In this document: one piece after another, positions 51,741 to 61,054 of the stretch
Position numbering within the stretch: the stretch's first letter is position 1
How the letters are laid out: every line of letters begins with the position of its first letter
NCBI GenBank assembly: GCA_039030515.1
Contig: JBCCEA010000001.1
Span: 29,896 to 93,895 of the forward strand
Direction of reading: 5' to 3'
Length of the DNA: 64,000 bases
Origin: Myxococcota bacterium
GTDB taxonomy: Bacteria > Myxococcota_A > Polyangia > Polyangiales > Houyiibacteriaceae
Position numbers and translations under genes: made by a program
The notes under the pieces: model-generated
Databases searched by the model: none
Told to the model about the DNA's origin: nothing
What the model saw: only the letters and a program-made list of their open reading frames with translations

Positions 51741-53962
51741 TATAGTTCCTTTCGATATTGAACGGTGAGTGCAAAGCGCCGGCCCGGTAGTGGATAGCCG
51801 ACGAAGTCTTGGCCACGGGTGTCTCTCAGGTCCCTTGCTGCCCCAAGGAAGGAAACCCCGCAGTTGAAGCGCAGCGCTGCGCTTAGGTCGAGCCAGGTTG
51901 CCGCTGCGACCTCTACGAAATTTGCTGGATCATTGTAATAAGAGCCGCGATATCGCATGTGAAGCGTAATTGAGAGATTCTCCACGGCACCCAGAGCTCC
52001 GCTGTGATAGGTCGCTTGGGCTTGGGCGACCTGTCTAGGCCTCCACACCAGATCGCGCGCCCCGTCCCCAGTGGCGCGCATCAAGGTCGCGCTTCCGTTG
52101 ACGCTTACCCGCTCCAGAAGGTGTTTTGCTGTATGTAGTGTGCCGGAAAAGCCCGCCTCGACGCCCAGGGTCTCCGCGTGGTTGAGGTTTTCGGCTTTTG
52201 CGGTTCCACGTGAGTTTTGCCGGTATTGGATCAGGTTGCGAAGGTCACTGTGGAAACCACGCACCTCTCCTTGAATCTCTAGAAGTGACCCTCTCTTCCG
52301 AAACACTGCCCCAAAATCCAAGTTTCGTCCCCGCTCGGGGTTGAGATCGGTGTTTGCTTCGAGTGCACCGCGATCGCCAAAGAGCTCCAGCACCGAGGGT
52401 GTGCGCACTCCGGTCGAAATTGAGGCGACGAGGCTGAGGAACGGAAGAGGCGTTGCGGTTGCGCCCAGGCGGTAGACCGGTTCGATCAGGGTGTCGCTCC
52501 GAGAGGTTTGCGTGCCGAGTAGCTCTCCCTGAATTCGGGCTCGGGTACCGTAGACCTGGATACTGGGTCGCAGAGTCCAATAGGTACGAAGCGCTTCTCC
52601 ATGAAGGTTGAATTCAACAGCGCCTCGCATGGTCGCTCGATCCGAATCTTGCTGCGGGGTGCCGAGTGCGTTGTCCGGCAGATATCGATCGCGCCGTACT
52701 GCGAGGAGCGTGGTGATCTCGAGATACTCGGCGACCGAAAGCTCCAAGGAAGAGCGTAGATGCATCGCGCTGATCCGATCGTCTGAAATTTCGCGACCCA
52801 AGCCAATTTCACCAAAGCGATCGATGAACTGGCGGCGCTGATGGCCTCCTCCCCACAACAGCCCAACGCGGTGTCCTCGTCCAAAAGGCTGAATCAAAGA
52901 AGCGCTGCCGATTCCCTGTGTCTCGTTTCGGCGAGAGTGGCGGGCGTAGATCGCGGAGGGTCCGGGCGCACCACCTTGCCTTGAGAGTGCAAGGAGCGCG
53001 ATCTCCAAAGTCCCTCCAGACTCGAGTTCGCTGCGGCTGTGAAACAGCCCGTGACCGCCGAGCACCTGTGCGTTTTGTCGCCTGCGACTCTCGTCGTCGC
53101 TCGGGTCGAAGACCGTGCCGTTGTCGTAGTGGATCGGGTAGTCATTTTGGCTGCCGTAGGCACCGACCGAGCTCACCACCATGGTGCGGTTGCTCCAGAC
53201 CACCGCAGATGCCGACGATCGGTGGGTACCAAAACTCCCCCAGCCCGTTTCGAGCATCAGGTAGTCCCGATAGTCTCGCCGCGGCTTGAGCCGCACCACG
53301 CCTCCGATAGACGGTGAGAGAAGCCAAGCTGGCGCTCCTCCCCGGAATACCTCGAGCGATTCGAACGCCTCCAGCGGAAGCAAGCTGAGGTCCAACGGGC
53401 CGGTGTCTGGTCCGGTGAGCGGAAGGTCTCCCAGCATGTACACGGTATGGCCAAACTGCGCTCCTCGGAGCGCAAGTCTTGAACCACTGCCCATGCCTCC
53501 CACCGCGACCACATGGGATCCTGGGGTCTGGCGTAGGACCTCGGAGGTGGTGGCCATCGCGACATCTGTTGCCGCCGGTACTTCTGTGCCCGAGGCGCTC
53601 GGGTCCAGTCCGTGAAGCGCGATCGGGCCCGGGTGGGCGACCGCTCGGGCCTGATACGCAGAGGCGCCTACATCGGTCGAGCCTGGATCGTTCGGATCGG
53701 GGTTCGTGTTCGCTGCGGGCTGTGCCTGTGCGGACTCCTTCGCAGATTCGTTCGATGCGGTTTGCTCCGTTGGGGTTTGAGCAAGGCTCCTCTGTGCCTG
53801 CACCGCGGGATGCAGCAGCGACCAACCGAGCAACACCCCAAAGGTTCCGGCCCCAGGAAAGACACGCTGGTGACGATGCACGCTCCAGCCCCGAGACGGT
53901 ACGGCCGCGAATGATGCGACGCGCTCGGAGAGATACGTGGGATGGGGCGGGGTTGGCTTCAT
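51740..53962 (-). CDS. btuB: TonB-dependent outer-membrane receptor (BtuB-like, cobalamin uptake inferred from the riboswitch)
   Basis: Plug region SRLALRGAQFGHTVYMLGDLPLTG...LEVFRGG with a beta-barrel C-terminus. Start at ATG 53962, because upstream ORF sequence runs through the riboswitch. Confidence 0.8.
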   Translation of the reverse strand: MKPTPPHPTYLSERVASFAAVPSRGWSVHRHQRVFPGAGTFGVLLGWSLLHPAVQAQRSLAQTPTEQTASNESAKESAQAQPAANTNPDPNDPGSTDVGASAYQARAVAHPGPIALHGLDPSASGTEVPAATDVAMATTSEVLRQTPGSHVVAVGGMGSGSRLALRGAQFGHTVYMLGDLPLTGPDTGPLDLSLLPLEAFESLEVFRGGAPAWLLSPSIGGVVRLKPRRDYRDYLMLETGWGSFGTHRSSASAVVWSNRTMVVSSVGAYGSQNDYPIHYDNGTVFDPSDDESRRRQNAQVLGGHGLFHSRSELESGGTLEIALLALSRQGGAPGPSAIYARHSRRNETQGIGSASLIQPFGRGHRVGLLWGGGHQRRQFIDRFGEIGLGREISDDRISAMHLRSSLELSVAEYLEITTLLAVRRDRYLPDNALGTPQQDSDRATMRGAVEFNLHGEALRTYWTLRPSIQVYGTRARIQGELLGTQTSRSDTLIEPVYRLGATATPLPFLSLVASISTGVRTPSVLELFGDRGALEANTDLNPERGRNLDFGAVFRKRGSLLEIQGEVRGFHSDLRNLIQYRQNSRGTAKAENLNHAETLGVEAGFSGTLHTAKHLLERVSVNGSATLMRATGDGARDLVWRPRQVAQAQATYHSGALGAVENLSITLHMRYRGSYYNDPANFVEVAAATWLDLSAALRFNCGVSFLGAARDLRDTRGQDFVGYPLPGRRFALTVQYRKEL

Positions 53963-54139
53963 CGTGGCAGAGGGCCACCCCGGGAACGGTATCGGACAAG
54001 CAAACCAGCGCTCAGGCACCGGAGATGCGATGGTCGCTTTAGGCAACTCAACCGAGAGGTTCAACGCTCCCGCTGCCTTCCGATGACCGCATCGGCTCGT
54101 CTTCAACCGCCATCCCCGAGGCGAGGTCAAAGTGCACCT

Positions 54140-54345
54140 AATTTGAGCAGGTCTCCGGACTGACGGCCGTGAACCAGGTGGCCTTCCCAACGAGCCCTCC
54201 GGCTTGGGGGATTCCCATCCGAAAGCGTCTCGTCAGTGGCATGATCACCCGGGCGTAGACCGAACACCGTGGCGGGTCCGCGTCGGAATCGCACCGACTT
54301 CCCTCTTGGAACTGCCGGTTTTCTCTCCGGATTCCTGCTGATTGC
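54140..54345 (-). promoter_or_regulatory. cobalamin (AdoCbl) riboswitch
   Basis: The minus strand reads ...AGAGGGAAGTCGGTGCGATTCCGACGCGGACCCGCCACGGT...ATGCCACTGACG...TGGGAAGGCC...GTCAGTCCGGAGACCTGCTC, which is the conserved core plus the B12 box. Confidence 0.8.
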
Positions 54346-54482
54346 AAAAAGCAACCAACCCAAAAGGCACACCACACTGCGATCCTCGCAGGCGGAAGTC
54401 AACTCGGTTTGCGGTCTCGGATGTCGCTCGATGAAGCCTGGGTGAGAGCGACGCTAGGCCACGATCGAGTGCGCCCTCAGAG

Positions 54483-55241
54483 ATGACGGTCTATGACTCT
54501 TCGATGCGCCCCACCGTCGAGCTTCGTCGTCGCGCCTGCGTGGTGCGCTTCCCCAAGCCCCAACGCATGCTGAGCTGGGCTGTGCTTCAAGGGGGTATGG
54601 TGGTTTCCGATACCGTGGCGTGGCTCGAAGTTCGAGGAGAAGAGCTTCCTGCCGATGTGAAACCAGAGTGGGTGGCTGAGCAACGTCTCAAGGAAGAGGC
54701 TCTAGTGGATGCAGTCACCCTGATGACGAGCCGTCGTATCGATACGCTGCAGGAGACTTGGTCGGGAATCGACGAGGTTCATGTGAGGTGCTGGTCGACG
54801 ACGGGTTTGTCCAATGCCGTTCATATTCGCGGTGCTCTCGGTGCTCAAGGGGATCACGCGAATCGAGCTGCCTCGAGGTTCGGGACGATCAACGCGCTCT
54901 GCCAAGTGGACGTGCCTCTTTCGTTTCCTGCGAGCATGGAAGCGCTTTCCCTAGTTGCTGAGGCTCGAACGGCCGCGGTGATCGAGGCCTGCGCTGCGCT
55001 TCCTGAGCGGCCTGCATGGACCGGGACCGGGACCGACTGCATCGTCGTCGCTTCACCCATCGACGAACAGGTACCTCATGCCTACGCGGGCAAGCACACC
55101 AAGCTAGGCCAGGCGATCGGTCAGGCTGCGTTCGATTCGTTTTCTGCCGGGATTGCGGCTTGGCTTGAGGAAGTGCGGCAGTGCACCGAATCCCACGCGC
55201 ACTCTCGGTGTTTTGGCGCCGTGGGCGCAGAGGAAGATTGA
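54483..55241 (+). CDS. cbiZ: adenosylcobinamide amidohydrolase (CbiZ family, putative)
   Basis: MLSWAVLQGG...VTLMTS...TINALCQVDVPL...TGTGTDCIVVA fits the CbiZ pattern. First gene of the cob salvage operon. Confidence 0.7.
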   Translation: MTVYDSSMRPTVELRRRACVVRFPKPQRMLSWAVLQGGMVVSDTVAWLEVRGEELPADVKPEWVAEQRLKEEALVDAVTLMTSRRIDTLQETWSGIDEVHVRCWSTTGLSNAVHIRGALGAQGDHANRAASRFGTINALCQVDVPLSFPASMEALSLVAEARTAAVIEACAALPERPAWTGTGTDCIVVASPIDEQVPHAYAGKHTKLGQAIGQAAFDSFSAGIAAWLEEVRQCTESHAHSRCFGAVGAEED

Positions 55242-55798
55242 TGTCTCATTTGTTGCTGGTAGGTGGGGGATCTCGCTCGGGTAAGAGCGAATACGCGTTG
55301 CAGCGCGCACGAGAGATCTCGCCAACGAGAGCGTTCGTGGCGACAGCGCAGGCGTTTGATGACGAGATGAGATCTCGCATCGCGCGACACAGAGCAGAGC
55401 GAAAAGGTCAGTTCGATAGCTTCGAATCACCAACCGAACTCGTAGCGCTCCTCAGTACGCTCGAGCATGAGGTGGTCGTGGTCGACTGCCTGACGCTTTG
55501 GATGAGCAACTTGCTTCTCGAAGACAGGTCTGACGCTGAGATTCTCCTTAGGGTAGATCGGCTGGTCGATTGTTGCGTGCGTCGCGAAGGAACGACGCTG
55601 CTGGTGACGAACGAAGTAGGCCTTGGCATCGTGCCCGAACATGCTCTTGCTCGCCGGTTTCGAGATCTTGCGGGATTTGCCCATCAACGGCTTGCGGCCG
55701 CGGCCGACGAAGTCGTTCTTTTGGTATTTGGCATTCCTCTCAAGATAAAACAGGAAGCGTCCGACAATGCCGACTCTTCTCTCCGAGAACATCCGTGA
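55241..55798 (+). CDS. cobU: adenosylcobinamide kinase / adenosylcobinamide-phosphate guanylyltransferase
   Basis: LLVGGGSRSGKSEYA P-loop, DDEMRSRIARHRAER, VVVDCLTLWMSN, LLVTNEVGLGIVPE. The ATG overlaps the cbiZ stop. Confidence 0.85.
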   Translation: MSHLLLVGGGSRSGKSEYALQRAREISPTRAFVATAQAFDDEMRSRIARHRAERKGQFDSFESPTELVALLSTLEHEVVVVDCLTLWMSNLLLEDRSDAEILLRVDRLVDCCVRREGTTLLVTNEVGLGIVPEHALARRFRDLAGFAHQRLAAAADEVVLLVFGIPLKIKQEASDNADSSLREHP

Positions 55799-55844
55799 CT
55801 CTAAGCATCGCATGTGCCGCTGACCTCCGTAGATCGCTCCTCTG

Positions 55845-57023
55845 ATGAGCGACGGTTTCGCACAGATCCTGCTCGCAGCGGCGCTTTTGTGGGATCAAAG
55901 GCTCGGAGAAATGCCTTCAAAGTTGCACCCGGTGGTCTGGTTTGGGGCGGGAGTCGATCTAGTGCGGCGAGTCAGTTTCAGACCGGCAGCGTCGCCAGCG
56001 ATGCAGTGTTTCGCCGGAATGCTCACGCTTGCGTTGATGGTCTTGGCGGCAGGCTCGTTTGGTGGAGTCCTGCAGGTGCTTCTCGCCTGCCTGCAGGACT
56101 CAACCTGCCTGCACGATCTTCTCGGTAGTTGGGTTTCTGTCCCAGTGCGTTCGGCGCCTGATACACCCTCTGCGTCCCCGTTCTCCTCAGGGTTTCCGAG
56201 CGGAGGTTCGATCATCTTCTCCGTACCTTCGCCGATCGCCCTTGCGGGCTCCGTGTGCTCGCTTGTCTTGGGAGCCTACTTTTTGAAGTCTACGTTTGCG
56301 GCTCGTGCGCTTGTCGAGGCCGGCAGGCGAATGGTTCGCGAGGCCAAGACGGCTCGTGAGGCCAAGACGGCTCGCGAGGTAACGGGGGAAGACTGCCTTG
56401 CGCCGCTTCGTCGTGAACTCACCAACCTTTGCAGTCGCGATCCGACAGACCTCAGCGAAGAAGAACTGTTTGCCGCTACGATCGAATCGCTGACCGAGAA
56501 TATTTCAGACAGTGTTGTTGCGCCGCTAATGTATTATCTCTTTTTTGGGATCCAAGGTGCGATCGTCTATCGCGCGATCAACACCATGGATGCGATGATC
56601 GGCTATCGAGGACAGTATCTTTGGTTTGGCAAAGCCGCTGCCCGAGTCGACGACTTAGTCAACTGGGTTCCCTCTCGCGTTACTGCGTTCATCATGGTCG
56701 TTGCGTCGCTACCGCTCGGGTTGTCGCTCCGCGACGGGATTCGCATATTCTTTCGCGACCGGTATCGAACCGAGAGTCCCAACGCGGGTCAGCCGATGGC
56801 CATGGCAGCAGGTCTATTGGGGGTGCGACTAGAAAAACGCGAGCATTACGTTTTGCATGCGGAGGCACCTTCCCCGAAGCGTAATGATCTCGAATGCGCT
56901 ATTCGTCTCACCTCGCATACTTGTTTTCTTGCGCAGCTGCTTTGTCTGGTGTTTGTGCTGTGCCTGCCTTTGCCTTTGCCTTGGGCGTTTGGAGGTATGT
57001 ATCGATGCGGGTGGTTTGAGTGA
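55845..57023 (+). CDS. cbiB: adenosylcobinamide-phosphate synthase (CbiB/CobD), longer than typical, with an internal 18-bp duplication
   Basis: LLWDQRLGEMPSKLHPVVWFG, ESLTENISDSVVAPLMYY, AINTMDAMIGYR, PNAGQPMAMAAGLLGVRL. REAKTAREAKTARE arises from the tandem 18-mer at about 56338-56373. Confidence 0.85.
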   Translation: MSDGFAQILLAAALLWDQRLGEMPSKLHPVVWFGAGVDLVRRVSFRPAASPAMQCFAGMLTLALMVLAAGSFGGVLQVLLACLQDSTCLHDLLGSWVSVPVRSAPDTPSASPFSSGFPSGGSIIFSVPSPIALAGSVCSLVLGAYFLKSTFAARALVEAGRRMVREAKTAREAKTAREVTGEDCLAPLRRELTNLCSRDPTDLSEEELFAATIESLTENISDSVVAPLMYYLFFGIQGAIVYRAINTMDAMIGYRGQYLWFGKAAARVDDLVNWVPSRVTAFIMVVASLPLGLSLRDGIRIFFRDRYRTESPNAGQPMAMAAGLLGVRLEKREHYVLHAEAPSPKRNDLECAIRLTSHTCFLAQLLCLVFVLCLPLPLPWAFGGMYRCGWFE

Positions 57024-58675
57024 TGCCGGTCTCCGATATCGAGGCCTTCTCGAACAAGGTTTCTGCACGAGGAGAAGGGCGCAACGCTCCGGTCTTGATG
57101 ATCCAGGGCACGGCGTCGGACGTCGGTAAGTCGCTGGTCGTGGCAGCGCTTTGCCGGATCTTCAAGATGCGGGGCTGGCGCGTGGCTCCCTTCAAGGCGC
57201 AAAACATGGCGCTCAACTCTGCCGTGACGTCCGAGGGGCATGAAATAGGACGTGCTCAGGCGATGCAGGCGGTAGCGGCGGGGGTTTTGCCTCACGTGGA
57301 CATGAATCCCATTTTGCTCAAGCCTGAAGGCGAACTCCGCTCTCAACTTGTGGTGCTTGGGACCTCCAGGGGGGTGATGTCTTTTTCAGCGTACCGCGCC
57401 CGGCATGACGAGCTGGCCGAGGTGGTCCTAAGGTCGCTCGATCGGTTGCGCCGTCGCGTCGATTTGGTTGTGGCGGAAGGAGCTGGAAGCCCGGCGGAGA
57501 TCAACCTCCGCGATGGAGACCTGGTCAATATGTTCGTCGCCAAGGCGGCTCAAGCGACCGTACTGCTCGTTGGCGATATCGATCGAGGGGGCGTATTTGC
57601 GTCGCTGCTCGGCACCCTAAAGCTTCTCAGTCCAGACGAGCGCGCTTTGGTTCAGGGCCTGATCGTCAATAAGTTTCGGGGCGACCCCGCACTCTTTGAA
57701 ACTGGGATCGGCTACCTCGAGAAGTCGAGCGAGCTGCCGGTGCTCGGAGTACTGCCCTACCTGCCTTCGGTAGGTGTTGCCGAAGAGGACTCGGTGGCGC
57801 TCGAGCGCAGGCGGGATCGTCCTCGGGCCCCTTTGGACGAGATCGAGATCGCGGTGGTACGCCTGCCGCATCTCTCCAACTACGACGACGTGCAGCCACT
57901 TGAGGCAGAACCGGGGGTCTTGGTCCGGTTCGTGGACAACCCTCGCGATCTCTTTGGGGCGGACCTCATTCTACTACCGGGCTCCAAAAAGACGGTCGCC
58001 GACTTGGCTTGGCTGCGTGCGACCGGCTTTGCCGACGCGTTCTCTCGCGTGAGTCGTGAGCTACCGATCATCGGGATTTGCGGCGGATGTCAGATGCTTG
58101 GAGAAGTTTTGGAAGATCCAGAAGGCGTCGAAAGCGCTGCCGGCTCGTACGAAGGACTCGGTTTGCTCCCGCTACGAACTCGCTTCGGCCCGGTGAAGCG
58201 CACGACGCAGGTGATCGCGACACCCTTACAGTCTGTGCCGTGGATGACTCCCGAGCTGCAGGATGAACAGCTGCATGCCTACGAAATTCACCATGGGCGT
58301 TCGACACGGCTTCGCGGACCTGCCGCATTTTGTCTTCTGCAGCGCCACGGGACCTCGATGCATCTGCCGGAGGGTTCGGTTCAAGGTCGCGTGGTCGGCA
58401 CCATGCTGCACGGCTTCTTCGATGAGTCCTGGTTCCGAGGGGCATTGCTTCACTGGCTATCTCAAATCAAGGGAGCGTCGCTCGGAGCCGGGCGAGTGTC
58501 TGCATCCAATTTGCGTTCTGGAGGCACAAACGCTTCCGACCGTCCCGCTCCTAAGCGTTCTGAACTCGGGATGCATTCAGATCCCGGGATGCGTTCGGAT
58601 CCCTACGATGATTTGGCTCGCTCCTTTGGAGCATCCCTCGACATTCAGCGAATCGAAGCCATGGTCGAAAGATGA
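57020..58675 (+). CDS. cobQ: cobyric acid synthase
   Basis: VLMIQGTASDVGKSLVVAALCR, VVAEGAGSPAEINL, GICGGCQMLG. Confidence 0.9.
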   Translation: MMPVSDIEAFSNKVSARGEGRNAPVLMIQGTASDVGKSLVVAALCRIFKMRGWRVAPFKAQNMALNSAVTSEGHEIGRAQAMQAVAAGVLPHVDMNPILLKPEGELRSQLVVLGTSRGVMSFSAYRARHDELAEVVLRSLDRLRRRVDLVVAEGAGSPAEINLRDGDLVNMFVAKAAQATVLLVGDIDRGGVFASLLGTLKLLSPDERALVQGLIVNKFRGDPALFETGIGYLEKSSELPVLGVLPYLPSVGVAEEDSVALERRRDRPRAPLDEIEIAVVRLPHLSNYDDVQPLEAEPGVLVRFVDNPRDLFGADLILLPGSKKTVADLAWLRATGFADAFSRVSRELPIIGICGGCQMLGEVLEDPEGVESAAGSYEGLGLLPLRTRFGPVKRTTQVIATPLQSVPWMTPELQDEQLHAYEIHHGRSTRLRGPAAFCLLQRHGTSMHLPEGSVQGRVVGTMLHGFFDESWFRGALLHWLSQIKGASLGAGRVSASNLRSGGTNASDRPAPKRSELGMHSDPGMRSDPYDDLARSFGASLDIQRIEAMVER

Positions 58676-59328
58676 AGGAAGAGAACGGTCTTGCGAGCCA
58701 AGAGACGCCGAATGCAGAGGACACTGAGGATCAACATCGCGAAAAGATGAAGGCCTTGCAAATGCGGCAACGTCAGGCGCGAAGGCAGAAGACGGTGAGC
58801 CGCGGTATTCTGCTCGTGCACACCGGAGACGGGAAGGGTAAGTCGTCTTCAGCGTTTGGCGTTGCGATCCGTGCTGCGGGCCACGGACAAAAGGTCGGCA
58901 TCGTTCAATTCATCAAGGGCACTTGGAAAACCGGTGAACAAGCGGCGCTCGCGCGCTTTCCCGAAATCGAACATGTCGTCTCAGGAGACGGCTTTACCTG
59001 GGATACGCAAGACCGAACGCAGGATATCGCCTCTGCTGAACGAGGGTGGGGCGAGGCGCAGCGCATGATCGAAGCCGCTCGAGTCGATTCCAAGGCCTAC
59101 CAAGTGATCATATTGGACGAGCTCAACATCGCCCTCCGCTACGACTACCTCCGGATCGAAGATGTCGTCGAAGTGTTGAAGAACAAGCCCGCTGAGCTGA
59201 GCATCGTCGTCACTGGACGCGACGCCAAAGCGGAGCTCATCGAGATCGCGGATACAGTCAGCGAAATGCGCTGCGTCAAACACGCCTACGAAGCTGGAGT
59301 GCGCGCACGCAGAGGGGTCGAGTTTTGA
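58672..59328 (+). CDS. cobO: cob(I)yrinic acid a,c-diamide adenosyltransferase
   Basis: HTGDGKGKSSSAFGVAIRAAGHGQKVGIVQFIKG...ILDELNIAL...VVTGRDA. Confidence 0.9.
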   Translation: MKEENGLASQETPNAEDTEDQHREKMKALQMRQRQARRQKTVSRGILLVHTGDGKGKSSSAFGVAIRAAGHGQKVGIVQFIKGTWKTGEQAALARFPEIEHVVSGDGFTWDTQDRTQDIASAERGWGEAQRMIEAARVDSKAYQVIILDELNIALRYDYLRIEDVVEVLKNKPAELSIVVTGRDAKAELIEIADTVSEMRCVKHAYEAGVRARRGVEF

Positions 59329-59366
59329 ATATTGCTCCTAAACGTGCGTGCGCCTTACGCGTTTAG

Positions 59367-59408
59367 GCATTGTTACTCAAGCATTGTTACTCAAGCATCG
59401 TTACTCAA
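59367..59408. repeat. 14-bp tandem repeat GCAT(T/C)GTTACTCAA, 3 copies, continuing into the bolA 3' end
   Basis: Read directly. On the minus strand each unit contains GATGCTTGA or AATGCTTGA, copying the last bolA codons (D-A-stop). Confidence 0.95.
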
Positions 59409-59692
59409 GCATCGTCGCCCTGAAAGGACTGTGGCGTATAGGTTTTCAGCGCCAGCGCGTGCACTGGTCCCGCCATCAATTCACCGAGCGCCTTATAGAC
59501 CATCTGGTGCTGTTTGATGCGCGAGATTCCCTCGAACGACGTAGAGACCACGACTGCCTCGTAGTGATCCTTCGTTCCCGTCAGGTCCTTTACGGAGACG
59601 TGGGAAACTCCCGTGATGTGCTCTCGGATTCGTGCTTCGACCAGGTCCGGCTCGATCATGGGAGACACCATAGCAGCTTTGTGAGTCCGCAC
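59405..59692 (-). CDS. bolA: BolA-family protein (start uncertain)
   Basis: VSVKDLTGTKDHYEAVVVSTSFEGISRIKQHQMVYKALGELMAGPVHALALKTYTP matches the BolA pattern. Confidence 0.75.
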   Translation of the reverse strand: MRTHKAAMVSPMIEPDLVEARIREHITGVSHVSVKDLTGTKDHYEAVVVSTSFEGISRIKQHQMVYKALGELMAGPVHALALKTYTPQSFQGDDA

Positions 59693-59695
59693 CCT

Positions 59696-61039
59696 TCAGA
59701 GTCGAATCGCCTGCAGACGTCGGTTGACGTCGCGGGCGAGCGCGAGCTCTTGGTCTCGAGGTAACGATGTGGTCGCAGCAAAGAGAGCGAACGCTGCAAG
59801 TTCATGCAGTGCCTGGTGCAGTGCCTCGACCGGGTTTTCCGCATCGCTTTCGCGAAGTGAGGTCAACACTCTCTCGGGCTGCACAGAGCCGTCTTCTTCG
59901 ACCCTACTGCCGAAGTAGTCTTCGTAGCCGCTGCCCTGAATCCAGGCGTTTAGGGTCTCATGGGTCTGATCGACCCCACCATAGGTTGCCACCGCAAAAA
60001 ATACGTCACGCATGACCTCGTTGAATCCGGACAGGAGTCTAAGGACCGCCTCGGTGTCCAAGCGATCAGGGCTGCGAAGCTCGACAAAACCCCGCTGCAG
60101 AAGGTGGTAAATCGACTTCGTGGTTTCGAAAAGATCCTTGCCGGTGGCTCGAGCGATGTCTTCGATGGAACGGTTGCCGTCGCACTGATAGACGACCATC
60201 GCCACTTCCGGCTCCAGCGAGGTGCGACCGACCCTTCCGGTGATCTCCGGACAAAGGTCCGTAGAAGGAATTCGCTGCTGAAACAGGGTCATTTCGTCGA
60301 TTCGCTGCACTCCCTCCATGAGTAGCCCCTGGATCGGCAGATGCATTGGGGTTTCTGGAGGTGCATTTTCGTTTGCGGTGGTGAAGAGATAGCACCCAGC
60401 GGGTACGAGGAGGGCTCCATAGGCGATCTGCTTGGCCTGTGACTGCAATGCGCTGAAAAGCCTTTCTCGGTCGATATGTCCGGAAGCGATCAGGGCTTCC
60501 GCAAGGCCGCGATCGCTGTCGAGTGTATCCGCGACCTCCAGGAGCTGCTGCTTGGTGATCATGCCGAGGCGATACAGCACCTGGCTGAGACGCTCCGCTT
60601 TGACGGTGCTCGTGGCGCCTTTAAGAGCCGCCTGGTCGAAAGATAGGGTGCGACGCTCTGAGGCCCCCAGCACGGTGAAGTCACCGCGCCAGTTCGATGA
60701 CGCGATGACGCTTATCATCTCGATGATGGTCATGCGGTGGATGACTTCGCCGGCCATCAAGATGCGACTGTCGTGCTGAGAGCTGCCTCGTCGAAGCACG
60801 ATGAAGTCGTCGCTTCGGATGGCTGCATTCCAAGCATCGTCCGGTCCCGCCAAAAGAGGTGTGCCGTCAGCGCTGCGGATGACGCCGTCTCGGTCGACGA
60901 TCACGTTTCCCACCTGAGTGCTCACCCGCGTCATGGTAGCGGCTGTGGCTCGACTACGTCGTGCAAAAGTGCATTTACTGCCCATGGCTTCGGTGGGTTT
61001 CGGGGGCTGTCCCAGGATCCGCCGTCGTGGTAGGGGCAT
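59696..61039 (-). CDS. DUF4388/PATAN-like domain protein (putative; start uncertain)
   Basis: MTIIEMISVIASSNWRGDFTVLGASERRTLSFDQAALKGA resembles the DUF4388 N-terminal module common in Myxococcota. Weak call. Confidence 0.5.
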   Translation of the reverse strand: MPLPRRRILGQPPKPTEAMGSKCTFARRSRATAATMTRVSTQVGNVIVDRDGVIRSADGTPLLAGPDDAWNAAIRSDDFIVLRRGSSQHDSRILMAGEVIHRMTIIEMISVIASSNWRGDFTVLGASERRTLSFDQAALKGATSTVKAERLSQVLYRLGMITKQQLLEVADTLDSDRGLAEALIASGHIDRERLFSALQSQAKQIAYGALLVPAGCYLFTTANENAPPETPMHLPIQGLLMEGVQRIDEMTLFQQRIPSTDLCPEITGRVGRTSLEPEVAMVVYQCDGNRSIEDIARATGKDLFETTKSIYHLLQRGFVELRSPDRLDTEAVLRLLSGFNEVMRDVFFAVATYGGVDQTHETLNAWIQGSGYEDYFGSRVEEDGSVQPERVLTSLRESDAENPVEALHQALHELAAFALFAATTSLPRDQELALARDVNRRLQAIRL

Positions 61040-61054
61040 TTTAGGAGGCCGTTT

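Noticed and set aside
53963-54190. N-terminal extension of the TonB-dependent receptor ORF (start 54190).
   Set aside because: It runs through the B12 box and expression platform of the riboswitch. ATG 53962 precedes a plausible signal sequence.
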